DNA from: Candidatus Levyibacteriota bacterium
Lineage (GTDB): Bacteria > Patescibacteriota > Microgenomatia > Levybacterales > UBA12049
Reading direction: 5' to 3'
DNA: 64,000 nt
Assembly (NCBI GenBank): GCA_963722305.1
Contig: CAVRKE010000002.1
Coordinates: 315,878-379,877 of the forward strand
Both the position numbers and the translations under genes were made by a program. The notes beneath the pieces are model-generated. The model was not told the origin of the DNA and searched no databases. It saw only the letters and a list, made by a program, of their open reading frames with translations. Below, piece after piece: positions 17,280 to 26,530 of the stretch; the first letter of the stretch is position 1, and every line of letters starts with the position of its first letter.

Positions 17280-19136
17280 ATGAATAACGACTTTCTCAAG
17301 GACTTGAATAAAGAACAATTAGAAGCGGTCAGACAGCAAAACGGACCAATGATAATTTTAGCCGGCGCCGGCTCGGGAAAAACCCGGGTTTTGACTTATA
17401 AAGTGATTAATCTGATTAAGCAGGGCGTTGATGCAGACAACATTCTGATGGTGACTTTTACCAATAAGGCCGCCAACGAGATGAAGGAAAGAATGCAAAG
17501 ATTTTTCCAAAAAGACGTTCAAAAACTATCTAACCTTCCGACAATTTCTACTTTTCATGCCCTGTGTGCCAAAATTTTAAGGATTGACGGACATTTTTTG
17601 GGAATCCCCAAAAACTTTGTCATCTATGATGACCAGGACCAAAAAGACGCAGTCAAACAAGCATTTGAGCTCTTGGGAATTTCCGCCAAAGAATACAAAC
17701 CGTCATCGGTTCTGAATAATATTTCCCAGGCCAAAAACGAATTGATTGATGATAATGAATATCCAAATTATGCCCGCGGGCATTTTCAGGAAATCGTGGC
17801 GAGGACTTACGTCGTTTATCAAAAGCTATTAAAAGAAAATGCCGCCCTGGATTTTGACGATTTGATTTTAAAGACAGTTGAGCTGTTTAAAAAATTCCCG
17901 GAGGTCTTGGAAAAATACCAAAATAAATTTAAATATATTCTGGTTGACGAATACCAGGACACCAACCATGCCCAGTACCTACTGACAAAAATGCTGAGCA
18001 GTAAATGGAACAATATTTGCGTTGTCGGCGATTTCTCGCAAAGCATTTATAGTTTCCGGGGTGCAGACTTTTTAAATTTGGCTAAATTCAGGGAGGATTT
18101 TAAAAATACCAAAACCTTTTCTCTTTCGCAAAACTACCGCTCTACCCAAAAAATTTTGGACGCCGCAACGGCAGTTATTTCTAAAAACAGCACCCATCCT
18201 ATTTTGAAGCTGTGGACTGAAAATGAAAAAGGTGAAGAAGTAACGGTTTACGAATCACTTAACGAACAAAAAGAAGCCGACTTTATTGTCGACAAAATTC
18301 TGGAATTAAAATATCAAAATCCGAACCTTCGGAATTATGATTTTTGTGTTTTATACCGCACCAATGCCCAATCAAGGGCGATTGAAGAGGTGTTTATTCA
18401 CCGCGGCGTCCCCTACATTCTAATCGGCGGCACCAGATTTTACGAAAGGAAGGAAATAAAAGACGTTCTATCTTTTTTAAGAGTTCTGGCAAATCCCAAA
18501 GATAAAGTTTCTCTAAAAAGAATCGGAAAATTAGGTAAAGGAAGGCTGGCCAAATTTGGCCAATTCCAAAGTGAATTTTTGGGAAAAAATACCAGCGATT
18601 TTGCAACGATTGACATTTTGGACAGTGTCTTAAAGGCAACCGAATACCTTACTTTGTATGATGAAAAAGACGAAGAGGACGCACAAAGATTAGAGAATAT
18701 CAAGGAACTGCGCTCGGTGGCGATTGAATTTACGGACCTTAATCAATTTTTGGAAAATGTTTCTCTGGTTGAGCAGGAATATATGCCCGACCATGTAAGA
18801 GACGAGCAAGGCAAAAAAGACGCCGTCAACATGATGACTTTGCATGCGGCAAAAGGTTTGGAATTTAAAGTGGTGTTTATGGTAGGCATGGAAGAAGGTT
18901 TGTTTCCTCATTCAAGAAGCATGATGGATAAAAACGAGCTGGAGGAAGAAAGAAGACTTTGCTATGTCGGCATGACCAGAGCCAAGGAGAAATTATTCCT
19001 GACATATTCCCGAAAAAGACTTTTTTTCGGGCAAAAGACGACAAATATTGTTTCAAGGTTTATACTAGAATTACCGGAAGGAACATTGGAAAATAGTTTG
19101 AACAAGATGCAAAGTGACGCTCCGGATTATTTATGA
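17280..19136 (+). CDS. uvrD: ATP-dependent DNA helicase UvrD/PcrA (SF1)
   Basis: LNKEQLEAV...ILAGAGSGKTRVLT (Walker A), DEYQDTN (motif II), VGDFSQSIYSFRGA, and a C-terminal YVGMTRAKEKL. Confidence 0.9.
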   Translation: MNNDFLKDLNKEQLEAVRQQNGPMIILAGAGSGKTRVLTYKVINLIKQGVDADNILMVTFTNKAANEMKERMQRFFQKDVQKLSNLPTISTFHALCAKILRIDGHFLGIPKNFVIYDDQDQKDAVKQAFELLGISAKEYKPSSVLNNISQAKNELIDDNEYPNYARGHFQEIVARTYVVYQKLLKENAALDFDDLILKTVELFKKFPEVLEKYQNKFKYILVDEYQDTNHAQYLLTKMLSSKWNNICVVGDFSQSIYSFRGADFLNLAKFREDFKNTKTFSLSQNYRSTQKILDAATAVISKNSTHPILKLWTENEKGEEVTVYESLNEQKEADFIVDKILELKYQNPNLRNYDFCVLYRTNAQSRAIEEVFIHRGVPYILIGGTRFYERKEIKDVLSFLRVLANPKDKVSLKRIGKLGKGRLAKFGQFQSEFLGKNTSDFATIDILDSVLKATEYLTLYDEKDEEDAQRLENIKELRSVAIEFTDLNQFLENVSLVEQEYMPDHVRDEQGKKDAVNMMTLHAAKGLEFKVVFMVGMEEGLFPHSRSMMDKNELEEERRLCYVGMTRAKEKLFLTYSRKRLFFGQKTTNIVSRFILELPEGTLENSLNKMQSDAPDYL

Positions 19137-20086
19137 AAAACATCCATCCTTTACAATCGTTTGCATGGGGAGAATTTAGAGAAAAAACCGGAGTAAAAGT
19201 AATTCGGGAAAACGGTTTGCAAATCACCATCCATCAGGTGCCCCACAGCAAACTGACCATCGGCTATTTACCAAAAGGGCCAATACCTGGTAAGGACATG
19301 CTTGGTGAACTTGAAAAAATCGGTAAAGAAAATAATTGTATTTTTATTCAACTCGAGCCAAATGTCGAAAATTCTGAAAATTTAAAATTGAAAATTGAAA
19401 ATTTGGGACTAATCTCCGCGGCTCATCCGCTTTTTACCAAATACACTTTTGTTTTAGACCTGACAAAAACTGAAGAAGAACTATTAAGAAATATGCATCA
19501 AAAAACCAGATATAACCTGCGGGTTGCCGAGAAAAAAGGTGTGAAAGTAACAGAAGACAATTCCGATAGTGCATTCGAAGACTATCTTCGCTTGACCCGT
19601 GAAACAACCCAACGGCAAAATTTTTATGCGCACTCGGAGAAATATCACCGTCTGATGTGGGAAACCCTTCGACAAGCTCAGGGCAAACCCATTGACGTAA
19701 ACCAACTTTCGGCGCATCTTTTGAAGGCAACTTACAACGGCAAAACTTTGGTTACCTGGATTCTGTTTGTTTTAGGCGATACGCTTTATTATCCATATGG
19801 TGCATCAAGCAGTATACACCGTGAGGTAATGGCCTCAAATTTAATGATGTGGGAAGCGATCAGATTCGGCAAGAAATTAGGATTAAAAGATTTCGATATG
19901 TGGGGGGCACTCGGAGCAAATCCGAATCCGAAAGACCCCTGGTACGGCTTCAACCGCTTTAAAGAAGGATACGGCCCAAAACTAGTTGAATTTATCGGCA
20001 GTTACGATTTCGTGATTAACAAAAAAATGTACCTCGCCTATAAGCTGATGAACAAGGTCCGCTGGTTTATTTTGAGGGCTAAATGA
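19133..20086 (+). CDS. FemAB-family peptidoglycan interpeptide-bridge aminoacyltransferase (FemX/MurM-like)
   Basis: 317 aa with overall FemAB fold features (GNAT-like duplicated domain) and the C-terminal FNRFKEGYG motif typical of Fem proteins. Consistent with a Gram-positive-type wall. Confidence 0.65.
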   Translation: MKNIHPLQSFAWGEFREKTGVKVIRENGLQITIHQVPHSKLTIGYLPKGPIPGKDMLGELEKIGKENNCIFIQLEPNVENSENLKLKIENLGLISAAHPLFTKYTFVLDLTKTEEELLRNMHQKTRYNLRVAEKKGVKVTEDNSDSAFEDYLRLTRETTQRQNFYAHSEKYHRLMWETLRQAQGKPIDVNQLSAHLLKATYNGKTLVTWILFVLGDTLYYPYGASSSIHREVMASNLMMWEAIRFGKKLGLKDFDMWGALGANPNPKDPWYGFNRFKEGYGPKLVEFIGSYDFVINKKMYLAYKLMNKVRWFILRAK

Positions 20087-20597
20087 TATATAGTCTTAGC
20101 TTATTTTCTTTATCATAAGCTTTAAGAGGAAGATTAATTTCGTAAACAAAACTGACAATTCTTGTTCCCTTTTTTAATTCCTGCTTAAATTTCGGTAGCA
20201 GTCTTTCCAAAGTTTTAGGAATTAAATAGACAATAATCACGTCCGCATCTTTGATGTTTTGGTTAAAAAAATTATCCCTAATGACTTTTAGATTATTTGC
20301 TAAACCACTTTTCTGAAAACGTATTCTGGAAACCCAATACCTTATCGGGTCAATTTCAATCCCAACCCCTTTTGCCCCGAATTCCTTTGCCGCCGTAATT
20401 AAAGCAGTGCCGTCACCGCATCCCAAATCATAAACCATCTCCCCTTTTTTTATTTTGCCCAGTTTGCAGATTGCCAGGGCGGTTTTTTTGGATGTCCTCC
20501 ACCACGGTGCCCAAGGGCTATCCGGCGGCCAAACCGCCGAAAGCATTAATAATAAAGCTATAATTACTAATAGAATGAATAAGTTCAAAACCAACAT
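20079..20597 (-). CDS. Class I SAM-dependent methyltransferase with an N-terminal TM helix
   Basis: Motif I VYDLGCGDGTALITAA, motif post-I GIEIDP. Confidence 0.7.
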   Translation of the reverse strand: MLVLNLFILLVIIALLLMLSAVWPPDSPWAPWWRTSKKTALAICKLGKIKKGEMVYDLGCGDGTALITAAKEFGAKGVGIEIDPIRYWVSRIRFQKSGLANNLKVIRDNFFNQNIKDADVIIVYLIPKTLERLLPKFKQELKKGTRIVSFVYEINLPLKAYDKENKLRLYII

Positions 20598-20887
20598 TAT
20601 AATTTATAAATCATTTCACCGATAATTTGCTTTTTTGAAATATAGCCAAAGCTCCGGCTGTCTAAACTGTCACTGTTATTATCCCCTTCAACAAAATATT
20701 TCTCGTTGTTAACTTTGGCAATCCTTTTTACCAAAACTTTGCCCGACTTATCTTTAAATGCCACTATATCATTAATTTGGGGATTTTTAAACCAGTAAGG
20801 ACAATTGCTTACTAAAACTGCCGCTCCATTCTTGATTAGAGGCTCCATACTGTGGCCGATAACTTTAAACCTGGCTAAAACAAGCAT
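20597..20887 (-). CDS. sodX: S26-family signal-peptidase-like protease, candidate NiSOD maturation peptidase SodX
   Basis: GHSMEP (Ser box) and GDN..DS.DSR (box E) of S26 peptidases. 96 aa. Immediately downstream of, and overlapping, the nickel SOD gene. Confidence 0.7.
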   Translation of the reverse strand: MLVLARFKVIGHSMEPLIKNGAAVLVSNCPYWFKNPQINDIVAFKDKSGKVLVKRIAKVNNEKYFVEGDNNSDSLDSRSFGYISKKQIIGEMIYKL

Positions 20888-21384
20888 TATTTATAGAGAA
20901 CAACCTCTCCGCCTGTGGGATAAACTGATTTTACTCTGACAGGAGTAACTCCCTTTGTTTTATAAAATATTTCGGAGATTTCTAAAACCCCGGCCAAAAC
21001 TTCCTCAGCCGCCGCAGCATCGATATTTTGTCTGGCTTTGGATACGGATTTTAAAGTAGTAGTAAATAGCTCCTGCAGATTCGGGTAGGCTTTGTAGTGC
21101 TCGTCCTTAAAATAATCGTTTCTTAGCGTTTCCAGTTCTTCTTCGATAATTCCGGCGTGTTCCTCTTTAACATCGGTCATTCTGGCGACGTCATGTTGCG
21201 CTTTCGTATCGGAAGTTTTGATTTCCGAAAGAAGTTGCGTCATCCGAATTACCGTGTGGGCTGCCAGTTGTGCCAGGTGCGGGTCATAAATTCCACAGGG
21301 AATATCACAGTGTGCGTAAGCAAACTTGAGCGGTAATAGGTTAAACATATTTTTGATTTTCATTATTGCAATTTTTCCGCCCAT
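20887..21384 (-). CDS. sodN: Nickel superoxide dismutase precursor
   Basis: Propeptide followed by HCDIPCGIYDP, matching the Ni-hook (HCDLPCGVYDP in Streptomyces). The true start is probably an internal Met (21363 or 21348), giving a 12-17 aa propeptide. Confidence 0.9.
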   Translation of the reverse strand: MGGKIAIMKIKNMFNLLPLKFAYAHCDIPCGIYDPHLAQLAAHTVIRMTQLLSEIKTSDTKAQHDVARMTDVKEEHAGIIEEELETLRNDYFKDEHYKAYPNLQELFTTTLKSVSKARQNIDAAAAEEVLAGVLEISEIFYKTKGVTPVRVKSVYPTGGEVVLYK

Positions 21385-21899
21385 TTAACCAAGGCTTCCA
21401 ATAGTTCTTTTATTTTCTCCTTTGTGTGTTCATCTGTCAAATTTCCCTGCTCATCAAATTTTTCTTTTGCATTAGGTACCATCATTTCAGGTTTATTTAA
21501 AATGTGGACATTTAAATAAACCATCATCTGCCTTAAATGATATTGTGCTCTTGAGCCACTTATGATTCCCGTTGACTCGCTCATAATCGCCGCAGGTTTT
21601 CCTTCCCATGAGTTGTCGCCGTACGGTCTTGAGCCCCAGTCAATGGCGTTTTTTAAAGCTCCCGGAACAGAATAGTTATATTCCGCCGTTGAAAACACAA
21701 TCGCATCAGCTTCTTTGATGCTCTGCTTGAATTTTTGAATATTATCCGGCATCGGAATATCCGGATTATATAAAGGAAAATCGCCGATCTCTGTAATTTC
21801 TATTACAACACCCTCCGGTGCTAACTTCTGCGCTTCCAAAAGCAACGCTTTGCTATATGAACCTTTTCTTAGGGTTCCACCTATTCCTAAGATTTTCAT
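21363..21899 (-). CDS. NADPH-dependent FMN reductase / flavodoxin-like oxidoreductase
   Basis: MKILGIGGTLRKGSYSKALL... matches the NADPH-dependent FMN reductase N-terminus. Start placed at the internal Met (the ORF extends to 21965). Its stop overlaps the sodN internal start (TAATG). Confidence 0.7.
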   Translation of the reverse strand: MKILGIGGTLRKGSYSKALLLEAQKLAPEGVVIEITEIGDFPLYNPDIPMPDNIQKFKQSIKEADAIVFSTAEYNYSVPGALKNAIDWGSRPYGDNSWEGKPAAIMSESTGIISGSRAQYHLRQMMVYLNVHILNKPEMMVPNAKEKFDEQGNLTDEHTKEKIKELLEALVKWAEKLQ

Positions 21900-21978
21900 A
21901 ATTTTATTATACACTTTTAAATTAAAAACTGCTGAGAACATCCTAATAATTTGAAAAATAACCAAAATGTGCTAGGCT

Positions 21979-22440
21979 ATGACTATGAACCACGCAACGA
22001 TGCAAAAAATTAGAAAACAGTTCCCCGCCAAGAACGTTAACGTTATTCACCGCTCAAAAATGTCGCAGATGGACAGATTAGCTCTTTTTATCACCGAAAG
22101 AATCGGCACCATGGGCTTTTTCTTTATCATTTTAGTTTGGACAATTATCTGGCTGGGTTGGAATGTGTTTGCGCCAAAAAATTTACGCTTTGATCCGTTC
22201 CCTGCTTTCGTGCTATGGCTGTTTATTTCCAATCTTATCCAACTCCATTTAATGCCGCTTTTATTAATTGGCCAAAACGTACAAAGCAAACACGCGGAAC
22301 TTCGCTCGGAACACGATTTTGAAACCGACAAAAAAGCCGAAAAAGAAATCGAGGCAATTTTAATCCATTTGGAAAATCAGCAAAACTTAATTATGCAAAT
22401 TCTCAAAAAAATCGAGGCCTTGGAAGAGAAAAATAGCTAA
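21979..22440 (+). CDS. Small two-TM membrane protein (DUF1003-like)
   Basis: 153 aa with two adjacent TM helices (FFFIILVWTIIWLGW / FVLWLFISNLIQLHLMPLLL) and a charged C-terminal helix. Confidence 0.45.
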   Translation: MTMNHATMQKIRKQFPAKNVNVIHRSKMSQMDRLALFITERIGTMGFFFIILVWTIIWLGWNVFAPKNLRFDPFPAFVLWLFISNLIQLHLMPLLLIGQNVQSKHAELRSEHDFETDKKAEKEIEAILIHLENQQNLIMQILKKIEALEEKNS

Positions 22441-22442
22441 TT

Positions 22443-23063
22443 CTATTTTACTCTTATTTGTTTCCACTCAACACTTACCCTAGCATCTCCGGATGATGCA
22501 TCAAATCTTATCGGAGTTGACCTATCTGTAATTTTATGCACCCCCCTAAAAACTAAAGCTCTTTCCCATCCTCTTACATAAGTTTCTGGCTCTTCACCTG
22601 GAGGATACTTACCTTGTTCTATTATTAAAACCCTGCAGCCATTGATACTATCAAGCCTTCGTGCGCCCCAAGTATCAGGAGGAGAATTCCAAACCTCAAT
22701 TAAGGGGTGGCGCATCCCAATTGTATAAGATTTTCCCCATACAATTTCCTCCCGAGGAGTACCTTTATATAACGTATAGTGTTCTATCTCTCTTCGCGTA
22801 CCCTCTTGAACACCTGCATCGCTTGGTTCAGTTTGAGCTTCAGCATCCGGAAAAATCGCGCTTACCACAACCGGTGGTTTAATCTTATTTCTTCGTTCTC
22901 TTCTGGGAATCCTATGAACTCCATCTATCCCTATTGGCTGTTCATCCGAGTTATTTGGCCATGGTCCTGCCCCCAACGCTCTAGCAGCTTTTTTTGAAAG
23001 TCCTCTCTCACCCATGCCCAGATTATAGCATACCATGTTGAAGAAGAATTCTATTTGCTGCAT
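22443..23063 (-). CDS. Hypothetical protein, compositionally atypical (Gly/Arg/Pro/Trp-rich, GC-richer DNA). Possibly acquired, or not a real gene
   Basis: The 206-aa ORF exactly fills the gap between flanking genes. Its 5' end overlaps the pfkB-like ORF start. I recognise no family; a weak ...SINGCRV... resemblance to L,D-transpeptidase SHGC is not convincing. Confidence 0.4.
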   Translation of the reverse strand: MQQIEFFFNMVCYNLGMGERGLSKKAARALGAGPWPNNSDEQPIGIDGVHRIPRRERRNKIKPPVVVSAIFPDAEAQTEPSDAGVQEGTRREIEHYTLYKGTPREEIVWGKSYTIGMRHPLIEVWNSPPDTWGARRLDSINGCRVLIIEQGKYPPGEEPETYVRGWERALVFRGVHKITDRSTPIRFDASSGDARVSVEWKQIRVK

Positions 23064-23072
23064 AATGAATTT

Positions 23073-24068
23073 ATGTTGGATATTTTGTGTGTTGGTGATG
23101 CCAAAATCGATATTTTTTTAAGAATTCCCGAGAGTAATCCCCACTTTGGCTTGGACAAAGCCCAGAATAAATTATTTATCACTTACGGCGAGAAAATACA
23201 CGTTGAAAGATACATCCTGGAAATTGGCGGCAATGCCACCAATACCGCAGTTGGAATTTCCCGGCTTGGCTTAAACGTCGGGCTGTGTGCCGAAATCGGC
23301 AAAGACGAATTATCACAAAAAATCCTGAACCGCCTTAAAAAAGAACAAATAGATAGAAAATTGCTACTGCAAACCGACGAAGATGCCTCAATGTCAATTG
23401 CCCTCAGTTACAAAGGGGAAAGAACTCTCTTGACCGAACACGTCAAAAGAAGCCATAACTTTAATTTTGAGAAGATTGAGGCTAGATTTATTTATTTAAC
23501 CAGCCTTGGAGACACTTGGGAAAAAGCTTATGAAAAAGTTCTAGCAGTTGCAAAAACAAAACACCTTCAGCTGGCTTTTAATCCCGGCTCAGTTCAACTG
23601 GAAAAACGGGGAAAAGTCGTCATGGATATTATCGAAAATGCCGACTATCTTTTTGTCAACAAAGAAGAAGCCGAAGAGATTTTGTACGGAAAAGAATTGG
23701 GGCTTGGTCAAACAAGCGAAAGCCAGGTGAAAAAGCTGCTTTACGGTCTAAGGAGTTTAGGCGTAAAAAACGTAGTGATTACCGACGGCGAAAACGGGTC
23801 GTATGTTGAAGATGAAAGCAATCAGACCTTTCACTTGGGAATTATAAAGGTTGAGCTGGCCGAAAAGACCGGTGCCGGAGATGCCTACTCCGCCGGATTC
23901 TTAGCAGCCACTCTCCACGGCCTGGAAATTGCTGAGGCAATGAGGTGGGGAGCCATCAGTTCGGCTAATGTCATCCAAGGAATAGGTGCCGAAGTTGGGC
24001 TTTTGACAAAACCGGAAATGGAAGAAAGATTAAAAACCGAAAGTAGTCTTAAAGCGGAAAAAATTTAA
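23073..24068 (+). CDS. PfkB-family carbohydrate kinase (ribokinase-like)
   Basis: MLDILCVGDAKID... (GG/di-Gly region, GGNATNTAVG) and C-terminal GAGDAYSAGFLAA (anion hole). Start placed at the second Met; the ORF track gives 23055. Confidence 0.8.
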   Translation: MLDILCVGDAKIDIFLRIPESNPHFGLDKAQNKLFITYGEKIHVERYILEIGGNATNTAVGISRLGLNVGLCAEIGKDELSQKILNRLKKEQIDRKLLLQTDEDASMSIALSYKGERTLLTEHVKRSHNFNFEKIEARFIYLTSLGDTWEKAYEKVLAVAKTKHLQLAFNPGSVQLEKRGKVVMDIIENADYLFVNKEEAEEILYGKELGLGQTSESQVKKLLYGLRSLGVKNVVITDGENGSYVEDESNQTFHLGIIKVELAEKTGAGDAYSAGFLAATLHGLEIAEAMRWGAISSANVIQGIGAEVGLLTKPEMEERLKTESSLKAEKI

Positions 24069-24069
24069 A

Positions 24070-24618
24070 TTACTTTATAGACAGCAGTTCTACTTCAAAA
24101 ATGAGGGTTGAGTTTGGCGGAATACTGCCCATATTTTGCGAGCCGTAACCAAGGCTTGGCGGAACAATCAATTTTCTTTTCCCTCCGACTTTCATTCCGA
24201 CAATTCCTTCATCCCAACCTTTAATGACTTGTCCAACCCCGATTTGAGTTGTAAATGGCTGATTCCGGTCATATGAGCTATCAAATTTTGTGCCGTTGGT
24301 CAGCGTACCAAGGTAATTTACAGTCACCGTATCCCCACTTTTTACCTCTTGGCCTGTGCCAACCACCAAATCTTGCATTTGTAACCCATCCGCGGTGGTA
24401 ATTAAGTTTCCCATATTGGCTGCCGGACTTGCCGGCGATTCACTAATTATAGCAGATGGCGAAGCTTGCGTTGGTTCGGGAGTATTGGTCGGATAAATCG
24501 TCGGAACCAGATTAATTCCCGTATCTTGGGTTTTTTGATTGGAAAGAAAAAATATTCCGCCAATTCCCGCTAGAATGATAACTAAAACTATCAAGGCCGG
24601 AGCTAATGTTTTTGACAT
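24070..24618 (-). CDS. Membrane-anchored FKBP-type peptidyl-prolyl cis-trans isomerase
   Basis: N-terminal TM. FKBP domain with VTVNYLGTLTNGTKFDSSYDRNQPFTTQIGVGQVIKGWDEGIVGMKVGGKRKLIVPPSLGYG. Confidence 0.8.
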   Translation of the reverse strand: MSKTLAPALIVLVIILAGIGGIFFLSNQKTQDTGINLVPTIYPTNTPEPTQASPSAIISESPASPAANMGNLITTADGLQMQDLVVGTGQEVKSGDTVTVNYLGTLTNGTKFDSSYDRNQPFTTQIGVGQVIKGWDEGIVGMKVGGKRKLIVPPSLGYGSQNMGSIPPNSTLIFEVELLSIK

Positions 24619-24665
24619 GTTAAGATAATACTAAAAAAAGTAAAAAAAGTTAAGAGGCAAAATGG

Positions 24666-25295
24666 TTAACCAAGAATCAGCGAGAGCTGCTTAAAAAAAC
24701 TTTCCGGACCATTTAATGCCGTGACGTAATAATCTCCAGCATTTAAGTCTTGTCTAACGAAAATCGTGATGACATTTTTGTTTATCCTTTTAAAATTTTC
24801 CAGAACAGCCTGATTGTCATCAACTATATAGACTTTATAATCCCTGTAGTTATTTAATAGACCTTCGATTTTAATAATTTTGTTTTCAAAAATATAAATG
24901 TTTTGTGGAGAAATAAAAGCTTGAAATTCCTCTAATTTTCTATTCTGAAATGTTTTTTCTCCTTTGGAAAAAATCCCAATTATCGCTTTTTCCTGAAGCT
25001 TCTCAAAAAATTCCAGATTAACGAGCAAACACTGCTGGAATCGCACGTCATCCCACCATAATTTGTCCAGCTCTTCTTTAGTTATCAAAAAATTTAAGGA
25101 AATTTTGTTTAAGAGACTTTCGGGATCAAAAAATCCCTTTTCTTTTTTTACTTCGTGATAAAAATTTTCCAACTCCTGAATATTTTCTTGGGTTAAATTT
25201 AGTTTTTGGGAAAGCTGAATATAGAAGTCGTTTAAAAACCTCCTACTGTCAAATAGCACTCCGTCGATATCAAAAAAAATTATTTTTTTCTGCAT
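24666..25295 (-). CDS. HAD-superfamily hydrolase
   Basis: Motif I IIFFDIDGVLFDS at the N-terminus, DD motif near the C-terminus (YIVDDN). Confidence 0.6.
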   Translation of the reverse strand: MQKKIIFFDIDGVLFDSRRFLNDFYIQLSQKLNLTQENIQELENFYHEVKKEKGFFDPESLLNKISLNFLITKEELDKLWWDDVRFQQCLLVNLEFFEKLQEKAIIGIFSKGEKTFQNRKLEEFQAFISPQNIYIFENKIIKIEGLLNNYRDYKVYIVDDNQAVLENFKRINKNVITIFVRQDLNAGDYYVTALNGPESFFKQLSLILG

Positions 25296-25328
25296 TTAAA
25301 CTGATTATAACAAAAATGATTTCTGAAC

Positions 25329-26480
25329 TTAAAAATCAAAACCCAATATTTCCAGCATTTTCTTGGCCGTCGGTGCATTCTTTTTATTCCTGATAATTTC
25401 CGCAATAAATTTCAGGACGCCTTCCGTATCTAAATCATTGTCCATAAATTTTTCAAACCGGTCGAAATATTTTCTTTTTAGTTTTCCTTGCGAACTTTGA
25501 TTAATTTTTTTTTGAATATTTACAGTAAGATTTTCCGTTTTCTCAAGTTCGACATCGTCATATTCCCATGGCTTTCTGTAATGGTGTGATAAAAGAAACC
25601 ACCTGAGGGTATTTGAGGAGTATTTTTTAGACAGGTCAGAAATTAAAACTAAATTCCCCAAGGACTTGGCCATTTTCTCGCCTTCGTACATGACCATTCC
25701 GATATGCATCCAACATTTAGTAAACGGTTTTTTGCCGGTAAAACTTTCCGATTGGGCAATTTCACTTTCGTGATGTGGATAAATTAAATCCCTGCCGCCG
25801 CCATGAATATCTATTTGCTCGCTAAGAAAATCATTGATCATGGCGCTACATTCGATATGCCAGCCCGGTCTGCCTTTTCCAAAAGGACTATCCCACCAAG
25901 GCTCCCCCGGTTTGGACTTTTGCCAAAGAATAAAGTCCAAAGGATTTTTTTTCAACGGGTCATTTGGGTTTGCCCCCCTTTCTTTGGAAATTAAAATCAT
26001 TTGTTGTTTTGTAAATCTTGAAAGCTTGCCATAACTTTGGAATTTTGCAACATCAAAATAGACATTTCCTTCTTTGTTGTAAGCCAGATTTTTATTTACC
26101 AGGGCATCTGTTATCTCTATTATTTTTTTGATTGAACCTGTGGCTTTTACATAGTGTGTTGGCGGCAAAACATTGAGGAATTTTAAGTCCTGCAAATATT
26201 TTTCTGTCCAAAAATTTCCTAACTCTTGCCAGTCTCTATTTTGCTCCTTGGCTTTTCTTAAAATATCATCGTCAACGTCGGTAACATTTTGTGTATAATT
26301 TACTCTGAAACCTTTATATTTTAAATACCTAACCAGTGCATCAAAAGAAACATTTGTAAAAGCGTGGCCCAAATGTGCGGGCCCTTCGGGTGTTATTCCG
26401 CAAACATAAATGGTCACTTCATCCTTTGTTAGCGGCTTGAATTCTTCAAGTTTTCTTGATAAAGAACTGTAAATTCTCAT
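25329..26480 (-). CDS. cysS: Class I aminoacyl-tRNA-synthetase-like enzyme of the CysS/MshC type (cysteinyl-tRNA synthetase catalytic core, 383 aa, no obvious anticodon-binding extension)
   Basis: YVCGITPEGPAHLGHA (HIGH), WHIECSAM, KMAKSLGN (KMSKS). Length is closer to cysteine ligases (MshC ~410 aa) than to canonical CysS (~460 aa). Confidence 0.65.
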   Translation of the reverse strand: MRIYSSLSRKLEEFKPLTKDEVTIYVCGITPEGPAHLGHAFTNVSFDALVRYLKYKGFRVNYTQNVTDVDDDILRKAKEQNRDWQELGNFWTEKYLQDLKFLNVLPPTHYVKATGSIKKIIEITDALVNKNLAYNKEGNVYFDVAKFQSYGKLSRFTKQQMILISKERGANPNDPLKKNPLDFILWQKSKPGEPWWDSPFGKGRPGWHIECSAMINDFLSEQIDIHGGGRDLIYPHHESEIAQSESFTGKKPFTKCWMHIGMVMYEGEKMAKSLGNLVLISDLSKKYSSNTLRWFLLSHHYRKPWEYDDVELEKTENLTVNIQKKINQSSQGKLKRKYFDRFEKFMDNDLDTEGVLKFIAEIIRNKKNAPTAKKMLEILGFDF

Positions 26481-26530
26481 GGTAAGATATTTTACATCAA
26501 ATTCCTGTAAAAATGATATAATTCTGTATT

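Noticed and set aside
20597-20887. LexA-like repressor (S24 peptidase domain) as a partner for the uvrD operator
   Set aside because: Only 96 aa with no N-terminal DNA-binding domain, and it sits directly downstream of sodN. It fits SodX (S26) rather than LexA.
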